Shown here in pieces: positions 41,885 through 56,280 of a stretch of 64,000 nucleotides of DNA. Every line of letters begins with the position of its first letter. Position 1 is the stretch's first letter. The notes under the pieces are model-generated. The model ran no database searches. It saw only the letters and a program-made list of their open reading frames with translations, and was not told the DNA's origin. The stretch lies in the NCBI RefSeq assembly GCF_009914755.1, contig NC_060936.1; one strand, 5' to 3'. Source of the DNA: the human T2T-CHM13v2.0 reference genome, Homo sapiens. Position numbers and translations under genes: made by a program.

Positions 41885-44542
41885 TATTACTTGGGTGTTT
41901 AATTAAATGTAGCTTAAAAAGAATATACAACTACAGCATCAAAGCCATTAGTCTACAAATGGTGTTGATTAAGACAAGGCAAGTAGTAAGTAAAACAAAG
42001 TCAATCTGAAGAGAAATGATGGTGACATTAAGGTTGGCACGTGGGTATGTAAAAAAAAATGTCAAAGTGATGCCACATGAATGCATTTTGGAAAATTCTG
42101 ATTTGGTGTACTTCTCTTGTTTACAGACGAAGAAATTGAGGACCGAATACAAAAAAGTAGATCCAGGGCTCGAACCATGGTGCCCACCCCTCTCTACACA
42201 CACACCACCTTCCTAGGCATGCTTTCTGGGGACCATTGCCCCCTAGGACCCACAGCTAGAAACTAACGTCCAGTCAGCATTCCCCAACCCTCGCTGGTAG
42301 GGCTCCTCCTGGAGAGTTGAGTCACTGCTCCCTCCTACCATCGAAGGCACTCCCCATCTTCATTCCACCAGACACACATTTCCTGTCCTATGGAATATGG
42401 CTTATGTTTTCCTTTTGTGGATCCACGACAGGAAGGTAGGACCTTGCCTGTAGACTCAGGACCCTTAATGTTGTCTGGATGTTTTAGAAAAAGCAAAGCA
42501 AAGATTTCTGTCTGCTCATTGAATGAAGAGCAACGTGCAGAGACCAAATGCACAAGCAGATCATCAGCTTCAGCAGGGGTTGGGGTCGGGCCCCTCATTG
42601 CTAGAGATCCTCTGCCTCAATCTCCAGCACTGTGATCACCAATTGAGACCTGGGAGAAAATCTCTCAAGCATCTTCTGGAAGAAGGCGCTCGATCAACCA
42701 CACTTACGCTGGTTCCCTGGGGCTGAGACCTTTTCTCTCTGTTCCGAGGAGCACCCTCCCCACCTACATGGAACTATAAATATCAGTAGGCAGAAGCACT
42801 GCATGTGCTTAAGCTTTAGAGCCAGGATCTCTCTTGGCCATCAAACACTAGCTGTGCATGGACTTGCAGGCTGGCGGGTGTCTGCAACACTCACGCTGTA
42901 AAATCCCCCATCTCCGGGTGCAGACTGGGGGCTCTAACAGCTTTCATGAATATCGAAAATTCTCTTAAAGCTTCCAGTTTCAATCTGGATATTTGGATAT
43001 ATGTGTGATGTGGCCACACTAGCATTACAGAACCCAAGACCTTGGTGGAGGAGAATGAACGAGAAAAAGAACAGCCTAATGTGATGGAAAGAAGAGTAAC
43101 GACAACAGAGCAAGGCTGAAAATGAAGGGGTGGAAAATGCACCCCGAGCAAACACGAACTAAGAGAAATCCTGGATGGCCATATGAATACTAGCCAGAAA
43201 AGATCTGAGAGGAAGACAGTTTTGGAGATAAAGTCATTCTTTAATTACTAAAGGAGTAATTCATGAATAATATATAATAATTCTGGGCTGAACTATACCT
43301 AACAATTAAAACTAAAACTATATAATGCAACTATTGCCAGCATTATAAGGAGGAGTTGGCAAATACATTTAAGCATACCTTTCTAAAAACTAATAGATCA
43401 AGAAGGCAAAAAATAATAACATAGAGAAGATTTGAACAACATGGTTAGCAACCTTTGCCCAATGTAAGTGTGTGGCATCTGGCACTCCAAAATTAGAGAG
43501 TTCGGTCTTTTCAATCAAACCACGGAACAATAGCCAAATTTACTATAATTTTTAGTTCCTTTAAATTGATTGACTTTTTTCAAAAAAGTTCCAGATGTTT
43601 TAAATCACCACTTTCTTTCAGGTAGCAGGTGCGAATTGATTGACTTTTGTCTTTTAATTGACTACTTGTCATTTTATAAGGAATACCACCCATGAACTAT
43701 GAAGTTTGATGTGATAGTTATTATATTTATATCCAAGACATATTTTATTATGTAATAAGTAGTACACATTTAAAAGAAGTGCTCCTCAGAATTTCCTTTT
43801 ATTTTACCAGTCATATATATATAAAATATGTAAAAATGCCGAGATTAATGAAATAAGAGTCCAACTCAAGAAGTTATAAAAGAAAAATGAGTAATCTAAT
43901 GGAAGTAGAAAGAGAAAATAATAAAGATAAGAGTAAAATGAACAAAACAAGAAAATATAGAAAGAAATGACTAAAAAAGTTGGTTATTTGAAATAAGCAA
44001 CAAAATAGGCAATTCTTAAGCGATATTGATGAAATAAAAGAGCACGTAAATACAAAATCATAGAAATGATAACTGAGAATTAATTCCATGTACAGTATAG
44101 ATTTTAACACTATGAGATAACTATAATTAAATGTATGACAATACATTTGAAAAACTAGGCCAAATATTAATATCACTTATCAAGATTGAGTAAATAAAAC
44201 AATGGATCACCCTAGTAGATCTAAAACTATTAAAGTGCGTCAGTAGTTAAACAGTTACCTATGAAACAAGTAACAGCAAAACACCATACTCAGATAGTTT
44301 TACACTGAATTCTACCAAAGCTGCAATGAAGAAATAATTCATATCCTATATAAATCTCCTCAGAGAACAAACAGGGAGAACTGTGCACCCTTGATATCAA
44401 AATCAGCTAAGTTATAAGATGGGCAAATTATAGACTAATTTCACTTATAAATAGATGCAAATGGCCTGAATAAAATATTCTCAAGCCAAATCCATCAATG
44501 TATTAAAAAATACATTGTGACTGAGTTGAATTTATCCTAGGA

Positions 44543-44797
<255 letters not shown>

Positions 44798-45106
44798 TAT
44801 CCTAGGAATTTAAGAATAGTTTATTGAAAGCATTACCAATGTAATTGACAACATTAGAGTAATAAGCTATTAGCATCTCAGAGATATAGAAACAGTATTT
44901 TAAAAATTCAACACTCATTCTTGATTAAAAAAAACCTTAGCAAACTAAGAATAGAACAGAATTTCTTTAACTTGATAGAGAGTGGCCACCAAAAATTCAC
45001 AGCAAAATCTTACTTAAAGGTCTGATCTAATAAGCATTATCTTGAAAGTTAGAAACAAGACAAGGATGCCTGCTATTGCCACTTCTATTAAAAGTGATGT
45101 TTACAC

Positions 45107-45246
45107 AAGGAAAGGAAAGAAGGAAAGGAAGAAAGAAAGAAAGAAAGAAAGGAAGAAAGAAAGAAAGAAAGGAAGAAAGAAAGGAAGGAAAGAAAGGAAG
45201 AAAGAAAGAAAGAGAAAAGAAGGAAGGAAGGAAGGAAGGAAGAAGG
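45107..45246. repeat. Polypurine (GAAA/GGAA)n tract of about 140 nt
   Basis: Direct read; only A and G. Confidence 0.97.
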
Positions 45247-47009
45247 TTTGGAAGGGAAGAACAAGTTTCTCATTATTACAGATGAGATAACTGCCAGTAT
45301 AGAGATAAAAATAATCTGTAGACCAACAATTATAAATAATAAATATTCATCGAGGTTATTGGATATGAGAGCAGTACACAAACCAATAGTCTTTATATCT
45401 AATCAACAACAACAAATGGTGAATATGGTTTAGTAAATGAAATACTATAGAGCAGATGAAATAAATGAATGAGATCAGCCTGTATCAATAGTGATACATC
45501 TCAATTACCAAAACACACCGAGTTTAGAAAAGCAAGTTGCAAACTGATATGTACAGCATGATACCATAAATACAGCAAATGCATAAAGACATGCTTAGGA
45601 ATGATAGAAACCTTTCACGGTAGTGGTATGTCTGGGGACGGAGGGAAAGACATGGAAGGCAGAGATTCTGCAGAACTCTTAGAGTTCTTTGGAGAGGAGG
45701 TTTGAAGTGAATATCATAAAATGTTTGATTTTAGTGTCTATTGTATTATTTCATTACATTTTTACATATTTTTAACATTCCATTATTAAATCTTAAAAAG
45801 GAAAAAAATCTCTAGTGGCAAAACTTAAGGCATGGCTCCAAGCAGGTGTGGGGAACCTTCATCAGCAGGCCTGGGGCAGCTCACTTCCTGGAAGGAGCAG
45901 GGCTATGTGGGAGACATCACTTGGACTTCCTGGCCACATCTGCCACATGATATGAGCAGAATGAGCTTATCTGAATTGCAGCAGAACGCTTCCCCATACC
46001 ATCCCCCATTCCAAACTCCCACCCCACTGGGGCTCATGTCTAACAGGGGAAGCTACCGCACTCTGTATTCTGCAGCCAGAGGATATTGTGAATCTGTTTT
46101 AGACTAAGGTAGGTGCTGTAAAACATAGCCCAAGGCAACCAATTATGGGATTGAGTCCACTAAGAAAAGAGAGCAGAAAAATTTTACAGAGGGAAAATTG
46201 GGGTAAAACACAAAGAAAGGTATTTTATATCCATGGTTTCATTTTCGTGTTATCAGTCTCGGATTGAAAGGGATAATGTTGTAAAACCTAGCTTAGCAGG
46301 TGGGGAGGAAGGAGTGATTTGAAGCTATGTATTCTCTTACTTGTAAATATCCCTTGAAATGTCCTTCCCATAATAAAATACAACCACAAGAAGATAAATG
46401 AGCTGGTGTCTTGTGGGCGGTGCACCACGTCTCCTAGAAGGAAGAACAATGTAAAGAAAACGCGAGTGTTGCAGTCACGGCAGTCCAACCCGGGAGCACA
46501 CGTTCCTCCTTCTCCAGATTCTTGATATGTTTTGTTCATTTGGGGAGCTTTTTCTTTTTTCTTGCAAGGTGATTAATTTTACTCTTTTTTTGCTTTGTTG
46601 GAATATCATGCTGTAAATGATGATAGTTTGATGCTATCTTAGTCTTTCTTATGAGTGGAGGAAAGGTCCACAAGTCATCTGATCCAGCCACATGTCCCCA
46701 TGGCCATCCCCAACACTAGGGCATGGAGACAGATACATTTTCTTTGTAACAACCAGATGAAGAAAGAACATCACTAACTAAACACCCATTCCAGGTATGA
46801 AAAATCTTTCCTCTCTGAAACATTTTTTCCTTCTGTCTAACCTGATTTCTTTACATTGCAGCCTTGTGGGTTCCAAAATGAAATTGAATGGAAGGGAAAA
46901 TCTACGGACAGTCAGTCTATAATGCACAAGCCTGATATCATGAAGAAGAATTGCTTTGAAGCCTGAAATAACTTGATTATGGAAATAGAGGAGAGTACCA
47001 ATACTAAAT

Positions 47010-47210
47010 AGATTACCTCCAGAGTATCGTGTATGTGTGGATCTGTGCAAGACACTTCGAAATGGGTACTCAAAATGAAAGTGTGCAGAAGAGAGCAACC
47101 ATAAAAGACAGACATTGATGGAAACCGTGCAACAAGATGCATTGCTGATAAATTGGAATGATTTGACCCAGAGAAGAGGAGACTCAAAGAGATATGAAAC
47201 TTATTAATAG
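47010..47210 (+). mobile_element. L3/CR1 LINE fragment
   Basis: 'cagaagagagcaacc...ggaaacc...ttgacccagagaagaggagactcaaagagatatga' resembles the CR1/L3 RT 3' end. Confidence 0.55.
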
Positions 47211-48302
47211 GATTGATGGTTGGGTTGCCCAGATGGCAGGTAGGACTGCCAAGTTACTAGTAGAGTGGCTGAAGAGGAAGGAGAAGGATCAGCAGGACAT
47301 AAACACCCTCTCATATTTAGCTCCCTGGAGTCTGGCCTTGAGGGTGACCCTGGGCCATGCAATTGGCAAACCTGCTCTGTGTATCAATCAGTGGAGCTTC
47401 TCATTTGTTGAGTACAATTCTTCTTCCTGCCTCTACTGGTGATCTTTTCTGAATGTCATCTAATACATTGTCCTAGACTACTGGGAGAGGAGGGAACGGG
47501 GTGGAGGTCAGAACAGTGCATTATAGTGGGTAAGAAACTGAGGTCCAGTTGGAGACATGCTTGGATCTCATCCTTGCTTCTGCCTGCCACCTGAGTCTGA
47601 ATGATTCTGGGCACTGCCTGAGCATCAAAAGATGGATATAATACCAGTGTAGGACCTAGTGACTTTGAAACCTTATCTAGCTCTAGGTTTTATTTTGTCT
47701 TTTTCCACTATTCTACCCTGGGACTTTTTGCACTCTGAGTTCCTACAACTCCAGATAGATCCTTCACTTTGAAAATTCTCTGATCCATCCTTCAGATGGG
47801 CAATAGCAATGCCTCACTAGTCCGGATCAAAGCATAGATTTTTCTCCTGAGTATTTCCACAAAACAGTGAGCACTAGTATACACTGTTAGAGTGCTAGAA
47901 TATAGGCCTATGGGACTGTGAGCCCCTTTAGGACACAGCAGACATCCTGAATGTCTTTATCCCCAAAGCTAAGTACTTGGTCTAGCACATAAGTGTTCAG
48001 TAAATGTCTTATAATAGTGAATGAAGAATTAGACGTTATTGGTTTAAAATGCTCTATGTTGTGCCCAAAAGACATTTTTTTTTTTCTGGGGATATTTCCA
48101 GTGCAGTAACTTGTGTATAGACAAGATAACTACTTTAGTGCTAGGAGCTTTCTATATGTGTTCATGGATTCATCGTTGGCCCTTAATTGTGTGTTCAAAT
48201 TTTAAGTCCTCTTTACTTTGGCATAGAGACAATTCCTAGGGAAGCAGGTAAATAAATACTCAGTAAGCAGTAATGCTAGGGGCTTTCATAGTGGTTTCAT
48301 GG

Positions 48303-48859
48303 TATATTAACCACATCTTTTATTTTCTGTATCCTGATGCTTTGACATCTGGGGCCTTGCAGACCCTGGAGGGACTGTCCCTTCCAAGGTCAGCCAATTT
48401 TTTTGAGATAATAAAGAATTCACCCACAAGCATGCCTGTCAAATGCAAACCAACCAAGCCAGAGTCCATATCCCCAGCCACCTCCTTTACTGGGCTCTCA
48501 CACTGCCGTCTACTATCCATCTGCCCTAGTCGCCCCGCGGCCATGACCAGGCAAATAGGGAGAGGCATTGCACCCAGAGCCCTCTGAAATTATTCAAACT
48601 AGCCAGTCCTAAACCTTCTCACCCTCCTACACCTGTTCTTTCTTTCAGAAACCATAGTCATGTCTACTGCCACAGTTACTTCCTCTCCCTCTGCCTGCTG
48701 ACCAGTGCTGGGGCTCCTCATTTGGCCCCTTGTGGCCTGGTGTGCCCAGTTCTCTTGGGCTCTGTCGAGATGGCAAACCACCTTTTCAGTGGTAGTTGTC
48801 TCTTGATCTGTTGGCTTTACCATATCCAAATCATAATAAAAACCCATGAACTTATCACA
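48303..48859 (+). mobile_element. MER74-family ERVL solo LTR
   Basis: 'gatgctttgacatctggggccttgcagaccctggagggactg' and 'ctgaaattattcaaactagcca'. Confidence 0.8.
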
Positions 48860-49463
48860 ACACCTTGGGAAGCAAGATTTCACAAATCAACAGCTCAGGC
48901 AAGTGAAGTGGCAAAAATGAGACAGGAAGTAAGTGGTGGAGCTTTGATTGGAAGCCAGGCCTAGAAGCCCTAAATTCAATGTTCTTTCCACCACAACATG
49001 TGATAACTGGGTCTTCTGATGGAAAAGCACTCGACAATAAGCATTTTTAAACATATGCAAGGCAATGTGGACATATACACATATTCCTATTTGTATACAG
49101 AGGTCATATGCTTTATATGGTGCTTTCCAATTTACTTTATTTCCTTGAAACAATACATCTTAGGTTTCTTTGTTTTTAACCAAACTTTTTTCTGTTTTAA
49201 AGTGGGGAGGAATATATTTGTACTGTGCATTTTTCCCAGTTTTAATGTTGACCAAATAGAGCCTGCTGAGGAGCATAACATTTCCCTAGCTGCAACTGTC
49301 ATGTAAAAATCATCATCATAATCATAATCATTTCACCAATAGAGGCTAACTATGTGCCAGTCACCATTGTAAGCATGCATTTGCTCATATACTTCCTCAA
49401 GAGTGCTGAAGGAGAAGCAATTATTTTTCCCAATTTGAAGTTGTGGAAATTGAGGAACCTGCT

Positions 49464-51630
49464 GGTATTAGTCCATTTTCAAGCTGTTGGTAAAGACATA
49501 CCCGAGACTGGGCACTTTACAAAAGAAAGAAGTTTAACTGGACTTGCAGTTCCACGTGGCTGGGGAGTCCTCACAATCATTGTGGAAGGAAAGGAGGAGG
49601 AAATCACATTTTATGTGGATAGCGGCAGGCAAAGAGAGAACTCGTGCAGAGAAACTCCCGTTTTAAAACCATCAGATCTTGTGAGACACATTCATTATCA
49701 GAACAGCGTGGGAAAGACCCATCCCCATGATTCAATCATCTCCCACCTGGTCACCCCCCACAACACATGGAAATTATGGGAGCTAGAAGATTAGATTTGG
49801 GTGGGGACACAGAGCCAAACCATATCATTCCATACCTGGCCCCTCTCAAATCTCATACCTTCACATTTCAAAACCAATCATGCCTTCCCAACAGTCCCCC
49901 AAAATCTCAACTCGTTTCAGCATTAACTCAAAAGTCCACAGTCCAAAGTCTCATCCAAGACAAGGCAAGTCTCTTCCCCCTATGAACCTGTAAAATCAAA
50001 AGCAAGTTAGTTACTTCCTAGATACAATGGGGGTACAGATATTGGGTAAATACAGCCATTCCAAGTGGGAGAAATTGGCCAAAACAAAGGGACCAAAGGC
50101 CCCACGCAAGTCTGAAATCCAGCAGGGCAGTCAAATCTTAAAGCTCCAAAATGATCTCCTTTGAGTCCATGTCTCACATACAGGTCGTGCTGACGCAAGA
50201 GATAGGTTCTCATAGTCTTGGGCAGCTCTGCCCCTGTGGCTTTGCAGGGTACAGTGTTCCTTCTGGCTGCCTTCACAAGCTGGCATTGAGTGTCTGTGGC
50301 TTTTCCAGGTGCACAGTGCAAGCTGTCAGTGGATCTACCATTCTGGGGTCTGGAGGACGGTAGCCCTCTTCTCATAGCTCCATTAGGTGGTGCCCCAGTA
50401 GGGATTCTGTATGGGGGCTCCAACCCCACATTTCTCTTCTGCACTGCCCCAGCAGAAGTTCTCCATGAGGGCCCTGCCCCTACAGCAAACTTCTGCCTGT
50501 ACATCCAGGCATTTCCATACATCTTCTGAAATCTAGGTGGAGGTTCCCAAACCTCAGTTCTTGATTTCTGTGCACTTACAGGCTCAACACCAAGTGGAGG
50601 CTGCCAAGGCTTGATGCTTGCACCCTCTGAAGCCATGGCCTGAATTCTACATTGGGCCCTTTCAGCCACAGCTGGAGCACCTGGGACACAGGGCACCAAG
50701 TCCCTAGGCTGCACACCGCAAGGGGACCTTGGGCCCAGACCATGACATCATTTTTTCCTCCTAAGCCTCTGGGCCTGTGATGGGAGGGGCTGCCTTGAAG
50801 ACCTCTGACATGCCCTGGAGACATTTTCCCCATTATCTTGGGGATTAACATTTGGGTCCTTGTTACTTATGCAAATTTCGGCAGCTGGCTTGAATTTCTC
50901 CTCAGAAAATGGGATTTTCTTTCCTATCACATTGTCAGGCTGCACATTTTCTGAACTTTTATGCTCTGTTTCTCTTATAAAACTGAATTCCTTTAACAGC
51001 ACCAAAGTCACATCTTGAATGCTTTGCTGCTTATAAATTTATTCTGCTAGATACCCTAAATCATTTCTCTCAAGGTCAAAGTTTCACAAATCTCTGGGGC
51101 AGAGGCAAAATTCCACCAGTCTCTTTGCTAAAACATAACAATAGTCACCTTTACTCCAGTTCCCAAGAAGTTTCTCATCTTCACCTGAGACCACCTCAGC
51201 CTGAAGTGATCTCATTGTCCATATCATTATCAGCATTTTAGCCAAAGTCATTCAACAAGTCTCTAGGGAGTTCCAAACTTTCCCACATTTTCCTGTCTTC
51301 TTCTGAGCCCTCCAAACTATTCCAACCTCTGCCTGTTACCGAGTTCCAAAGCTGCTTCCACATTTTCAGGTATCTTTTCAGCAACGCCCCACTCTCAGTA
51401 CCAATTTACTGTATTAGTCCATTTTCACACGACTGATAAAGACATACCCGAGACTGGGCACTTTACAAAAGAAAGATGTTTAATTGGACTTGCAGTTCCA
51501 TGTGGCTGGGGAGGACTCACAATCACAGTGGAAGGCAAGGAGGAGCAAATCACATCTTACTTACACTATACTTACATGTATAGTGGCAGGCAAAGAGAGA
51601 GCTTGCACAGACAAACTCCCATTTTAAAAC
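49464..51630 (-). mobile_element. THE1A MaLR provirus: 3' LTR 49464-49827, internal region 49828-51409, truncated 5' LTR 51410-~51630
   Basis: Two matching LTR copies ('tattagtccattttca...gacatacccgagactgggcactttacaaaagaaag') flanking about 1.6 kb of THE1-int; the 235-aa ORF at 50007-50714 is internal MaLR sequence. Confidence 0.93.
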
Positions 51631-53119
51631 ATGCTTGGTCGTCAGTGAAGCTTTATTGCACAGGAGGACAAGTGCTCTCTGGCTGAGAGGAAGGTGTGTG
51701 CTCCATTCAGCACTGCAGAGGGACAGAGTTCCCTAGGCCATCGCCATTATTGTTGGCATCTGTGTCCCATGTGAGTATCAGTGGTGAATGTCTGATTTTG
51801 ATAGGTGAGAGATCCCAGTGGTGGGGCCCACTAGAACCTACTCTGCCCATTACTAAGCCACTCTCCCCAACCCATTTCCTTGAAGATCCTGATGGCTCTT
51901 GAACATAGTAACGCATGTTAACGTGGGGAAGAAAAACATAGACTAGAAAGCACCAGACTTGTGTGGCTTTAGGCAAGTCAGTTCTCGTCATGTCTCTTGG
52001 CCTTAGTTGTTTCCCAAATGTCAGATAGGAATAATAAAATCTGCCTTAACCTCACGGATCATGAGGCTGCAATGAGACAGTCCGGAAGTACTTTGAAAGT
52101 ACGAAGCGACGCATAGCATTGGAAACAAGAGTGGATTTCTGCCTTAGAAAAAATAATTGGAATGCTCATTCTCCAAGTCTGACATTTTGATTTTACCTTG
52201 CAACCTGACCTGAGAAGTAAACCACAGCCCAGTGGGAGGGGCTTTGCGCATAACCCACCCTCTAGATTTAGGACAGCACAGAAGACTCCCACAGCCTCAA
52301 AGGTCTTTCCTGGAGCACTAACTGGGAACCACCCGGTGAGGTCTCAGGTCCAGCCCTCCATGCAGACATGGCCTGACCTACCTTGCTGACCATTTTTCGT
52401 TCGTTCCTTATGAAATAACCAAGACGGCAATAACTCAGCTCTTTATCTTTTTATTTCAATGAAACTGGAGTTGCTATACGCATTTAACCTAAAGAGTCCA
52501 TATGGTGTGACAAACGGCAGAGCAAAGAAACCCCATGTGTTCTTCCTCTTTGCTTTCTTTCCCTTGCTCATGCCAGCTTCCCAGTAAAACGCAATCCCTA
52601 AAATTGTTGATTTGCATCAGCGATGCAATTCATAATCACTAATATTAGTATATCTTCTACCCCAGTGGCTCTTCATCCCTCAGGAACACCCTGGCCACAA
52701 GTCTAAAAGCACGCACTGCAGTCTGTGAAATTCTTACCCGGCTGTTATTTCGGAGCTCTTGGAAGCAGCATGCTCAGATGGCTGACGGCATCGGAATGGG
52801 AAATACCCGCTCCAGAGGGGGCCAGTCAAACAATCTCGGTTGGTTTTATTGCTGCCACATCCAGGAATCAGGTGCCTGGAAAAAATATGCTGACAGGATC
52901 AGACTGAGGAAGCTGCAATGCCATCTGGGGTCAGGAAAAGATTTTTGTCCAAGTGCCAACTGCGGGGGCTGAGGCAGTGTGGTGCTCCGCTGGCACAGAG
53001 TCTGAAATAGCCCAGGAGGTGCTGGGGAAGCAAGCAGGAAAGCTGCCCAGAATGTTACCAGGGGAGGACGGGGGACTTCGGTGAGGGTGGGGGAAGATAC
53101 CGAAGGCTTGAGCCTTCTA

Positions 53120-53800
<681 letters not shown>

Positions 53801-54774
53801 CTAATAGCACTTGAAATTTTGATCAACCTGAGCTAGAATTAAAGCTAATAATTAAAAAGAGAAAATGAGAGACAGAAGGTAAAAATAATAAGGGAAAGAA
53901 AGAGGGAGAAATTAATGAACATGTATTTGTTGGATGTCTATAATATACCAGGCCTTGTACTGGGTTCTAGGGCACTGTGACCTCATTTTAGGAGATAAGA
54001 AAACCAAAAGGCAGACAGGTTAAGTCATTTCTCCAAAGTCAGTTCACTTGTAAGTCTTGAAGATGTAATTCCAGTTCGGGTCTATACAGTTCCAAAGCCT
54101 GCCTTTTTCTTCTATACCACGTTTCATCTGCAATAACTAAATCATCTATGAGGAGTTCTTGGAAAGAAGGAGAAGAGAAAGGATAGGGGGAGTAAAATCC
54201 TGTTATCATCAAAAAGTAGTAAAGTAGAATTGTTTTGGAGCCAGATATTCCTGGATTTGAATCTCAGCTCTGCAACTGAGTGGAGAAGTTCTTTACTTTC
54301 CTGAATCTTACTTTCTTCATAAGTAAAATGGGATGTAGCAAGGATTAAAATAAAGAATTCAAACATTTAATAGTGGTTGTTGGATGGGAGTGGGGATGGG
54401 AAAAGAGAAGACAAGAAGTGGTCAGTATTTACCTCATTCTTCTGCAGACTAGTGCTTCCCAGGCACTGATAAGAATAATAACTAAGAACTAGACAAGGCA
54501 ATCCAACAGCTGTAACGAGAACAACAGGGGTCTGTGTAGGAGGTGGAGAGGTGCAGAGGAAGGATGGATCAAGGAAGTCCTTGGCCAGTGCCTGTCCCTT
54601 TCTGAGCACAGGGGCAAAGGAGGGCAGTGAAGGTGAAGACGGTGTGAGAGTGGGAGAGTCAGGGGACCCACCTGAATGATGGAGTGCTTGGAGGCGGCTC
54701 AGCAGAAGGGGGAATAAGACTGGATAGATGGAACCTCAAAAAGTGGGAGATGACAGAAATACTCCTTCAAATAC

Positions 54775-55095
54775 TGTTATCGTGTATATTTAAGGTGTAC
54801 AGCATGACGTTATGAGTTACATATAGATAGTAAAATGGTTACTATAGTGAAGCAAATTAGCATATCTGTCATCTCACTGAGTTACTCCAACCCGTTTTTT
54901 GTGTCAAGAGCAGCTAAAATCTACTCATGTAGCAGAAATCCCTCATACAGCACAATTTTATTACCTACGGTCCTCGTGTAATTAGACCTCTATACTTGTC
55001 CATCCTACATGCTGCTACTTTGTGTTCTCAGACACACATCTCTTTATTTTTCTCCCTCCCACTCCCATGGCTGGTAACCACTGTTTTATTATCTA
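54775..55095 (-). mobile_element. L1MA 3' UTR fragment
   Basis: 'tgtatatttaaggtgtacagcatg...ggttactatagtgaagcaaattagcatatc...ctggtaaccactgttttatt'. Confidence 0.8.
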
Positions 55096-55318
55096 CCCAG
55101 AGATATTCTTAAGCAAAAGGTTTGCTCAGAACTTCAGGAACATGAATCCAACTCTGATATGCCAGCCAGATTGGGTAAGAGAGAGGGGGGGCAGGGACAC
55201 TAATATAGTAGATGTTGTAAATTCTAAAGTGGATCTCAATGTGTTGGGATGAATTCTGATTTTATAGGTCTGTGCAAAGTTTCCTATGCCCAAAGATTTT
55301 TGAAGCCTATTCACAGAA

Positions 55319-55623
55319 TTTTTTTTTTTAAGACAAGGTATTGCTCTGTTGCCCAGAGTGGAGTGCAGTGGTACCAACATGGCTCACTGCAGCCTTGAAT
55401 TCTTGGGCTCAAGCGATCCTCCCACCTCAGCCTCCGAAGTAGCTAGCACCAGAGGCCTGCATCACTATGCCCAGCTACTTAATTTTTTTTTTTTTTTTTT
55501 TTTTTGTAGAGATGGGGTCCTGCTATTTGCCCAGGCAAGTCTTCAACTCCTGGCCTCAAGCGCTCCTCCCACCGTGGCCTCCCAAAGTGCAGGGATTACA
55601 GGTGTGAGCCACTGCTTCCACCT
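55319..55623 (-). mobile_element. AluJ
   Basis: Diverged antisense Alu with J diagnostics. Confidence 0.92.
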
Positions 55624-56188
55624 GATGATATTATTCTAATATTCTGATAGTAAAGTCTTCTGATCTCAAGAAAAAAGAAGATATGTTCCAGATGTCCAAA
55701 GACACCTTGACCAACCATGCCCCCTTTGCAAAAAGAACCCATTGATCAAAGCCAAAACCCTATCCACCAGCAACTGCAGACACAAGTCATGATGAATGAA
55801 GAAGATGTTGCCAAAGATTATGCCAGCAAAAATATGCAATGGGGACACTATGTTATTATCATAAAATAAACTCAGGGACCCAACGAGCCCTGAGAATCTT
55901 GCTGATTTTGGATACTTGTTCAAATGGACACTTATTTTAAGACTCTTAAAATGCCATTTTGGAGCAGCAGCCTTAGTGACAGGAAAATTTGAGTTGATGA
56001 CAATGTCAAGGGTTTCCTTCACTACCTATAGCTATTAAAAACAATCTCATAGTCTCTTAGGAAGATTTCCTTTTGGCCCAAATTGAGGTTCAGCTATTGA
56101 TTTCCAAAGAGTTAGATTACTAGAATCATTAGGTTGGAATGAAATACCAGGGACGTCTTGCCCATTCTCATTTTCCTGCAGAAGGACC

Positions 56189-56224
56189 CGTGCGTGCGTG
56201 CGTGCGTGTGTGTGTGTGATTTTG

Positions 56225-56279
<55 letters not shown>
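56189..56279. repeat. Compound microsatellite (CGTG)n(TG)n...(TG)n(TA)n(GA)n
   Basis: Direct read. Confidence 0.95.

Positions 56280-56280
<1 letters not shown>

Noticed and set aside
45042-45381. K/E/R-rich and F/L/S-rich ORFs
   Set aside because: These are translations of the polypurine microsatellite.
50007-50714. 235-aa ORF as a host gene
   Set aside because: It lies wholly within the THE1 internal region; the sequence is MaLR-derived.
55666-56022. Possible processed pseudogene (coding-like composition)
   Set aside because: No recognisable protein in the frames I read, and no poly(A) tail or TSD.
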